Assembly (NCBI RefSeq): GCF_000007145.1
Contig: NC_003902.1
Coordinates: 2,426,497 to 2,458,496, forward strand
Reading direction: 5' to 3'
DNA: 32,000 nucleotides
Origin: Xanthomonas campestris pv. campestris str. ATCC 33913
GTDB taxonomy: Bacteria; Pseudomonadota; Gammaproteobacteria; Xanthomonadales; Xanthomonadaceae
Below are positions 25,554-32,000 of this stretch, piece by piece. The notes under the pieces were generated by a model. It did no database searches. It saw only the letters and a list, made by a program, of their open reading frames with translations, and was not told the DNA's origin. The position numbers and the translations under genes were made by a program. Position 1 is the stretch's first letter, and every line of letters starts with the position of its first letter.

Positions 25554-26372
25554 ATGCTTGAAGTGTCATCGCACAATGTCTGGACCGCGCTTGCGGTTAC
25601 TCTTGCCGCCGGCCTGGCGACCGGCCTGGGCAGTCTCATGGTCGTCTTCGCCAAGAAGCCCAACCCGCGCCTGCTGGCCTTCGGGCTGGCGTTTGCCGGC
25701 GGCGCCATGGTGTTCGTGTCGCTGTCGGAGATCCTCAACAAGTCGATCGCCTCGTTCTCCAACGCCTACAACGACAAGCTCGGCTTCACCTACGGCACGC
25801 TGACCTTCCTGGGCGGAATGCTGTTGATCATGGTGATCGACCGCCTGGTGCCCAATCCGCACCAAAGCCTGTCCACCGACGACCCGCAATTTCGCGACGA
25901 CAACCGCGCCTATATCCGGCGCGTGGGACTGCTGACGGCAGTCGCCATCACCGCGCACAACTTTCCCGAAGGCCTGGCCACGTTCTTCGCAACGCTGGAA
26001 AGCCCGGCGGTGGGCATGCCGCTGGCGTTCGCCATCGCCATCCACAACATTCCCGAAGGCATTGCCATCGCCGTGCCGGTGTACTTCGCCACGCGCAACA
26101 AGTTCTATGCGTTCGGGGCGAGCCTGTTGAGCGGCCTGGCCGAACCGATCGGCGCGGGCATCGGCTACCTGCTCTTGTCCAGCGTGCTGTCCGAGGCCGT
26201 GTTCGGAGCGGTGTTCGGGGTGATCGCCGGGGTCATGGTGTTCCTCGCCCTGGACGAGTTGCTGCCAGCCGCCAAGCGCTACGCACAAGGACACGAGACG
26301 GTCTACGGCCTGGTGTCGGGCATGGGCACGCTGGCGATCAGCCTGGTGTTGTTCCGTTATGCGGCGCCTTGA
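25554..26372 (+). CDS. zupT: ZIP-family zinc transporter ZupT
   Basis: It has the motifs HNFPEGLATF and HNIPEGIAIAVPVY, and it is collinear with E. coli ZupT. Confidence 0.85.
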   Translation: MLEVSSHNVWTALAVTLAAGLATGLGSLMVVFAKKPNPRLLAFGLAFAGGAMVFVSLSEILNKSIASFSNAYNDKLGFTYGTLTFLGGMLLIMVIDRLVPNPHQSLSTDDPQFRDDNRAYIRRVGLLTAVAITAHNFPEGLATFFATLESPAVGMPLAFAIAIHNIPEGIAIAVPVYFATRNKFYAFGASLLSGLAEPIGAGIGYLLLSSVLSEAVFGAVFGVIAGVMVFLALDELLPAAKRYAQGHETVYGLVSGMGTLAISLVLFRYAAP

Positions 26373-26758
26373 GCCTGCAGCCAATTGCCACTGCTGATGA
26401 GTGCTGCCCTGCCCCACAGCTGCCTGGTCTGCTGTTACAGGGATGCAGCGATGCCCGATACATATCGAGCCAAATCGGCGCGCGCCTGACATGCGCACGG
26501 AAACTCACGCGAGGCGCGCTCTAGCAGGGACCCACGACAGAGGTAGCTGAGGCAGCTACCGGGCTAGACCTGCTAGCCGTTCCTCAGTGACAGCGGGGGA
26601 ATGGACCTCAGCATTTCATGCCGCCGCGTTTGCCATCCCGGGGCAGCGAAAGATCTGACGTTGAACCCGAAGGGTGCGCACGCGCCGCGCATCAAGCACG
26701 ACGCGTGCGTACTTTCCCGTGCCAGCGAGGAAACCATCGCCTCATGCGAAGCCGCGAC

Positions 26759-27742
26759 TCAACCCAGCCGATCCAGCGCCTCAGCCAACTCCGGCGCCAA
26801 CGGTGCGTTGAGCACATACGGCGTCTTGCCGTTGTCCAGCGCGAACTCCAGCGAGGCGGCATGCAGGAACAGGCGGCGCAGGCCGACCTGGTCGCGCAGG
26901 CGCTTGTTCACCTCGGGGTCGCCGTATTTGTCGTCGCCGGCAACCGCATGACCGAGGTGCTGTGCATGCACACGGATCTGGTGGGTGCGCCCGGTCTCGA
27001 TGCGTACCTCGCAGTAGGAATGCCCGCCGCGACGCTCCAGCAACCGGAAGTGGCTCAGCGACGGCTTGCCGATCGCATTGACCTGCACATGCCGCTCGCC
27101 GCCCTGGCGCAGGCCGATGTGCAGCGGCGCATCCACACTCATCACCCCGTCGGGCATCCGCCCTACCAGCAGCGTGAGGTAGCGCTTGGTGATGCTGCGC
27201 CCGTCCACCCTGTCGTCTTCGCGCATCAAGGCCTGCAGCTCGGTCAGCGCTGAACGCTTTTTGGCCACGATCAATAGGCCCGATGTATCGCGATCCAGGC
27301 GATGCACCAGCTCCAGCGTCTGGTTCGGACGTAAGGCGCGCAGGGTCTCGATCGCCCCGAAGCTGATCCCGCTGCCGCCATGACTGGCCACGCCGGTGGG
27401 CTTGTTGAGCGCCAGCAGGCGCGCGTCTTCGAACACGATGGCCGCTTCCAGCCGTGCCTGGAACGCGGACGGCGGCGCGGCCTTGTCGCCCTCTTCGGTG
27501 AGACGCACCGGCGGGATGCGCACTTCTTCCCCACCCTCCAGCTTGCGCTCGGCCTTGGCCCGCCCGCCGTTCACGCGCACCTGCCCGCTGCGCACCAGCT
27601 TGTAGATCAGGCTGCGTGGCGCGCCCTTCAATTGTCCCAGCAGGAAATTGTCCAGCCGCTGCCCAGTGCGGTCTTCCGGAACTTTGAGAATGCGCACGCC
27701 CACACGGTCGGCGGGAGGCTTGGGGGGCTGGGGGTCGGTCAT
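26759..27742 (-). CDS. rluC: 23S rRNA pseudouridine synthase RluC (RluA family with an N-terminal S4 domain)
   Basis: It has the catalytic motif HRLDRDTSGLL and an S4-like N-terminus. It is divergent from rne, as in E. coli. Confidence 0.8.
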   Translation of the reverse strand: MTDPQPPKPPADRVGVRILKVPEDRTGQRLDNFLLGQLKGAPRSLIYKLVRSGQVRVNGGRAKAERKLEGGEEVRIPPVRLTEEGDKAAPPSAFQARLEAAIVFEDARLLALNKPTGVASHGGSGISFGAIETLRALRPNQTLELVHRLDRDTSGLLIVAKKRSALTELQALMREDDRVDGRSITKRYLTLLVGRMPDGVMSVDAPLHIGLRQGGERHVQVNAIGKPSLSHFRLLERRGGHSYCEVRIETGRTHQIRVHAQHLGHAVAGDDKYGDPEVNKRLRDQVGLRRLFLHAASLEFALDNGKTPYVLNAPLAPELAEALDRLG

Positions 27743-28145
27743 CCGGCTCTTTATTCTGTTACACTCGGCGAGCGAGATAAGGGTTTGATTTCGTTGGAAG
27801 TTGATTGGCCAGAAGCCTGACTTCCGATGATTCCGGCACAGTGCGCGACCACCGCCCCCGGGGCGGCCATGTTAGCGGCTCACCGGCCTACCCGGCCATC
27901 GCCAGCGGTTTTTTAGCCGTTGCGCTGAACATGTCCCGTGCGCTGTCCCGGTTGTCCGGACGCAGCTGCCGGCCCTGAAACACCTTTAAAAAACTTAAGA
28001 GAAGCGCTCCCGCGGCCTGCCGTGGTGTTGCAGCGCTGGAAACCCTAGCCAGGCCTGTCCGCGCGTTGCGCGAAAGGCCGGCGACCCGTTCCAGAGGCGA
28101 AACGTCACGGCGTTCCGCGCGGTAGAGCGCGCGAGGAACGCAACA
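27743..28145 (+). promoter_or_regulatory. rluC-rne divergent promoter region and long rne 5' leader (candidate autoregulatory leader)
   Basis: A 403-bp non-coding gap lies upstream of rne. This is inferred by analogy with the long structured E. coli rne leader. No specific structure was verified. Confidence 0.4.
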
Positions 28146-31100
28146 ATGAAGCGAATGCTGATCAACGCAACGCAGGCCGAAGAGCTGCGCGTGGCGATTG
28201 TGGACGGCCAGACCCTGTACGACATCGACATCGAACAGCCGTCCAAGGAACAGAAGAAGTCCAATATCTACAAGGGTCGCATCACGCGGCTCGAGCCCTC
28301 GCTGGAAGCGGCGTTCGTGGACTATGGCGCCGAGCGCCATGGCTTCCTGCCGCTAAAGGAAATCTCTCGCGATTACTTCCAGGCCGGTGTCGACCACAAC
28401 AAGTCGACCATCCGTGAGCTGCTGCGTGAGGGCCAGGAAGTGGTGGTCCAGGTCGATAAGGAAGAGCGTGGCAACAAGGGCGCCGCCCTGACCACGTTCA
28501 TCTCGCTCGCCGGCCGCTACATGGTGCTGATGCCCAATTCGCCGAGCGCCGGTGGCGTCTCGCGTCGGATCGAAGGCGAGGACCGTGCCGCACTGAAGGA
28601 CGCGCTGGACAAGCTCGACATCCCAGACGACATGGGCGTGATCATCCGCACCGCCGGCGTTGGCCGCGATGCCGAAGAGCTGCAGTGGGATCTGGATTAC
28701 CTGCTGCAGACCTGGAAGGCGATTGCCGAGGCCGCGCTGAGCAAGCCGGCGGCGTTCCTGATCTACCAGGAATCGCGCCTGATCATCCGCGCCCTGCGCG
28801 ACTACCTGCGCGCCGACATCGGCGAAATCCTGGTCGATACGCCGGAGCTGTACGCCGACGCCCAGGAGTTCATGCAGCAGGTCATGCCGCAGAGCCTGCG
28901 CAAGCTCAAGCACTACACCGACGACATCCCGCTGTTCAACCGCTTCCAGATCGAGTCGCAGATCGAAGGCGCCTACGAGCGCAATGTGCGCCTGCCGTCG
29001 GGCGGCTCGATCGTGGTCGACCAGACCGAAGCGCTGACCGCCGTCGACGTCAACTCCTCGCGCGCCACCAAGGGCAGCGACATCGAGGAAACCGCGTTCC
29101 AGACCAATCTGGAAGCGGCCGAAGAAGTGGCGCGCCAGTTGCGCCTGCGTGACCTCGGCGGTCTGGTGGTCATCGACTTCATCGACATGGCATCCACCAA
29201 GCACCAGCGCGAAGTCGAGAACAAGCTGCAGAACGCGCTCAAGTACGACCGTGCACGCGTGCAGTTGGGCCGGATCTCGCGCTTCGGCCTGATGGAAATG
29301 AGCCGCCAGCGTCTGCGTCCGAGCCTGGGCGAGTCCAGCCAGATCGTGTGCCCGCGTTGCGACGGCCATGGCCGCATGCGCAGCGTGGAATCGCTGTCGC
29401 TGTCGATCATCCGCGTGGCCGAAGAGCACGCCATGAAGGAGAACACCGGGCAGGTGCTGGTCCAGGCTCCGGTGGAGATCGCCAATTACCTGCTCAACGA
29501 AAAGCGCAGCGCATTGCGCGAGATCGAGCAGCGCCATGAGTCGCCGATCATCATCGTGGCCGACGAGCAGCTGCATACCCCGCACTACGAAGTCACGCGC
29601 CTGCGCGAGAACGAGCTGGGCGAAGACAGCGGCAAGCCGAGCTATCAACGCGGCACGCCGCGCAAGTTGCCGGTGCATGCGCTGACGAAGGCGCAGTTGA
29701 ATATCCCGGTCGCGCCGGCGGTGACTTCGATCAAGCCGAGCCAACCGGCTCCGGTGCGTGAAGAGGCCCCTGCCGCGGCACCCGCCCCGGCGCCGGTGGT
29801 GGCACTGCCGCTCCCCGCGCCGGTCACCGGCGTGGTGGGCTGGTTGAAGCGCATCTTCGGCGGTGTCGATGCCCCGGCCGCAGCGCCGGAAGCGTCGCAG
29901 CAGCAGCGCCCGCGTCAGAACGACGCCGCGCGTGGCAACCGCAATGATCGCGGCGAGCGTGGCGGACAACGCCGTGATGGTCGCGATGCACGCAATGGCA
30001 ATGGCGGCCAGCACCGCGGCAATGGCGGCAATGGCAATGGCAACGGCGCCAACAAGGAGCGCCGCGACGAGCGTCGCCAGCCGACCGCGCCGCAAACTGG
30101 CAACCAGCCGCAGCAGCAGCAAGTGCAAGTGGCCAAGCCAGCGCGCAACGAGCCGCAGGCACCCAAGCAGCCGCAGCAGGGTCAGCAGCCGAAGCAGACG
30201 AAGCAGCAGCAAAACCAGCAGCCGCGTCCTCCGCGCCAGCAGGATGGTGCGCCGGCTGAAAAGCAACAGCGTCCCGCACGTCAGGACGATGCAGCAGTGG
30301 CACAGGCCGTGACCGCGACTGCAGCGACCGCCACCACCGCAAGCGTGGCAGCGGCCATTGCCGATACCGCCACGCCGGTGTCCAGGACGGTGCAAGCGCA
30401 CGAGACCGACGCCGCACATCCGGTCGACGTGACGGTGACGCCTGCCGCCTCCGAGGCACCTGCCGATGCCGCCGCCGAGGGCCATGCCCAGGACGCACCG
30501 GCAGGCGATGACGGCGCCAATGGCGAGGGCGGAAGCCGTCGCCGTCGCGGCCGTCGCGGTGGTCGCCGCCGTCGTCGTGGTGCAGGCGCCACGGGTGAAG
30601 GTGGGACCGGAGCGGATGGTCTTGAGTCCGATGATCTGGACGGTGATCTGGATAGCGACAACGACGATGCCGGTACGCCAGCACCGACGTCGTCCGCACC
30701 ACGCGCCGGGCAGCCCGAGTTCGACTTCGATGACGATGCCGGCACCCCGCCCGCTCGGGTCCAGGCAAAGGTCGAGCGCAGCCCGGAGCAGCAGACGCCG
30801 GTGACGCCACGTCCGGTGCCGAAGGAGCGAGCCGAAACCCAGCCGCCGGCTGATACGGCAGCGGCAGCGGCACCGTCGGTCAACAGCGCACCGACTACCC
30901 CGCAGCAGTCGGTGATCACCGCGCAGTCGGCACCGGTTGCTTCGCCCGAAGCCGCCGTGTCGTCGCAGGCGGGATCCTCGCAGGCAGCATCGCAGGAACC
31001 CGCTGCAGCACCGCATGCCGCTTCGGCATCGATCGAGGCTGCGCCGGCACAGGAGCAGCAACGCGCTCCCGTGCAGGACGCCCCGCGTGTTGCTCCGGAG

Positions 31101-31709
31101 GCAGCGGCTCCAGCTCCGGCAGCGGTGCAAAGCGTTCGTCCTGAAGTGACTGCCCCGGCCTCCCCGGTGCAGCCTGCAGCACCGACGCAGCCTGCCGCGA
31201 CAGCGTCGGTTGAGCCGTCGCCTGCAGCGCAGGTCACGCCGGCGCCCGTTGCGCCGGCCGAAGCTGCCGTGGTCACGGTCACCGCACCGCATGCCGAACC
31301 GTCCAGCACGGCCGGCAAGGACGTGGATGTCGCAGTGACCTCGACCGCCGCGGTTGCGCAGCCGGCCACCGACACCGCGCCAGCGGCGCCGGTGCGCAAG
31401 CCCTACGCGCCGGTGCAGACCACCCTGCTCGATGCATTGGCTCCGCAAACGCCGCAAGCGGCAGCTCCGCAGGCTCAGGCCGAGACTGCTCCGGCAGCCA
31501 AGGTATCTGAGCACTCCACGCCGGCCGCTGCTGTGGCACCTGTGGCTGCGCAGCAACCCGCAGAGGCACGGCAGCCGACGGTAGTCGTGTCGGAGGCGTC
31601 CACGCCGGCGGCGCCGTCTGTTGACGCTGCTGATGCAGCAGACGACAAGGACGACACCGAGGCTGCAGCGTCGAAAGACGATGCCGACAAGCCGCGTAGC
31701 GATCACTGA
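28146..31709 (+). CDS. rne: Ribonuclease E (1187 aa)
   Basis: The N-terminal half is collinear with the RNase E catalytic domain ([17 protein letters not shown]..., S1 domain, Zn-link CPRCDGHG). The C-terminal ~670 aa are low-complexity, with Arg-rich, Gln-rich and Ala/Pro-rich stretches. Confidence 0.9.
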   Translation: MKRMLINATQAEELRVAIVDGQTLYDIDIEQPSKEQKKSNIYKGRITRLEPSLEAAFVDYGAERHGFLPLKEISRDYFQAGVDHNKSTIRELLREGQEVVVQVDKEERGNKGAALTTFISLAGRYMVLMPNSPSAGGVSRRIEGEDRAALKDALDKLDIPDDMGVIIRTAGVGRDAEELQWDLDYLLQTWKAIAEAALSKPAAFLIYQESRLIIRALRDYLRADIGEILVDTPELYADAQEFMQQVMPQSLRKLKHYTDDIPLFNRFQIESQIEGAYERNVRLPSGGSIVVDQTEALTAVDVNSSRATKGSDIEETAFQTNLEAAEEVARQLRLRDLGGLVVIDFIDMASTKHQREVENKLQNALKYDRARVQLGRISRFGLMEMSRQRLRPSLGESSQIVCPRCDGHGRMRSVESLSLSIIRVAEEHAMKENTGQVLVQAPVEIANYLLNEKRSALREIEQRHESPIIIVADEQLHTPHYEVTRLRENELGEDSGKPSYQRGTPRKLPVHALTKAQLNIPVAPAVTSIKPSQPAPVREEAPAAAPAPAPVVALPLPAPVTGVVGWLKRIFGGVDAPAAAPEASQQQRPRQNDAARGNRNDRGERGGQRRDGRDARNGNGGQHRGNGGNGNGNGANKERRDERRQPTAPQTGNQPQQQQVQVAKPARNEPQAPKQPQQGQQPKQTKQQQNQQPRPPRQQDGAPAEKQQRPARQDDAAVAQAVTATAATATTASVAAAIADTATPVSRTVQAHETDAAHPVDVTVTPAASEAPADAAAEGHAQDAPAGDDGANGEGGSRRRRGRRGGRRRRRGAGATGEGGTGADGLESDDLDGDLDSDNDDAGTPAPTSSAPRAGQPEFDFDDDAGTPPARVQAKVERSPEQQTPVTPRPVPKERAETQPPADTAAAAAPSVNSAPTTPQQSVITAQSAPVASPEAAVSSQAGSSQAASQEPAAAPHAASASIEAAPAQEQQRAPVQDAPRVAPEAAAPAPAAVQSVRPEVTAPASPVQPAAPTQPAATASVEPSPAAQVTPAPVAPAEAAVVTVTAPHAEPSSTAGKDVDVAVTSTAAVAQPATDTAPAAPVRKPYAPVQTTLLDALAPQTPQAAAPQAQAETAPAAKVSEHSTPAAAVAPVAAQQPAEARQPTVVVSEASTPAAPSVDAADAADDKDDTEAAASKDDADKPRSDH

Positions 31710-31757
31710 TCGTTACGCGTGACTGACGCTGTCCTGGGCAACCCGGATGGTGGCGAC

Positions 31758-31787
31758 AAAAAAAGCGGCCTTCGGGCCGCTTTTTTT
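31758..31787. terminator. Bidirectional rho-independent terminator
   Basis: The sequence is A7-GCGGCC-TTCG-GGCCGC-T7, between the convergent rne and the minus-strand ORF ending at 31791. Confidence 0.85.
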
Positions 31788-31790
31788 GTG

Positions 31791-32000
31791 TCATCGACTG
31801 ACAGTCGCAAACTGCATGGAGTTTGCAGCTGCCTGGCACGCGAATTCAAACTTCGACAGGTATTGCCCATTACCGCTTCGATCAGACCGCGCTTTGAGCG
31901 TGTCGAGAAACCACGTCGCCGTTGCCACATCGAACAAACAGAAGTTCAGCGCCTTGATCAGATCGGCGAGTACCTGCACCGTCACCGCATCGGTGAGCAT
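31791..32000 (-). CDS. Hypothetical protein, 3' part (runs off the window edge)
   Basis: The ORF is open to the window end. The stop lies 4 nt from the bidirectional terminator. I recognise no family. Confidence 0.3.
   Translation of the reverse strand: MLTDAVTVQVLADLIKALNFCLFDVATATWFLDTLKARSDRSGNGQYLSKFEFACQAAANSMQFATVSR

Noticed and set aside
26601-27253. ORFs in the zupT-rluC gap and antisense to rluC (26601-26951, 26618-27253)
   Set aside because: They mostly overlap the well-supported rluC frame on the opposite strand and have an Arg/Ala-rich artefact composition.
28353-31706. A 1117-aa ORF antisense to rne
   Set aside because: It is an exact antisense shadow of a well-supported gene. 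Its composition is extreme (Arg/Cys/Leu/Gly-rich) and it has no RBS or recognisable domain. This is a typical high-GC artefact.

Overview
This is a high-GC, Xanthomonas-type chromosomal window. The left 7.9 kb is the 3' part of a giant ndvB-like cyclic beta-1,2-glucan synthase gene, followed by a small translationally coupled ORF. The right part (21.4-32 kb) holds ordinary housekeeping genes: a TraX-family membrane protein, a Pro/Ala-rich membrane protein, nfuA, phhB, a TonB-C lipoprotein, zupT, rluC, and rne with a ~400-nt leader and a bidirectional terminator. The centre (about 8.2-21.4 kb) is an accessory island of filamentous-phage DNA (inovirus, Cf1c/phiLf/XacF1-like) inserted at a dif/XerCD site, probably at the replication terminus. 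Two ~6.1 kb prophages lie tail-to-tail as a mirror image, with position x matching position 30546-x. About 4.66 kb of their replication, structural and assembly core appears identical. Their end modules are diverged: the HTH repressor, the promoter/leader, the Rep N-terminus and a DUF3653-like gene. Three XerCD-type sites are visible. Two are hybrid sites at the outer junctions (9200-9227 and 21323-21350). The third is a complete dif-like 28-mer at the inner junction (15253-15280), in the opposite orientation. A probable decayed third prophage end lies left of the array (8.2-9.2 kb). No tRNA, rRNA or CRISPR was seen by eye. Most other ORFs in the six-frame track are alternative-frame or antisense artefacts of the high GC content.
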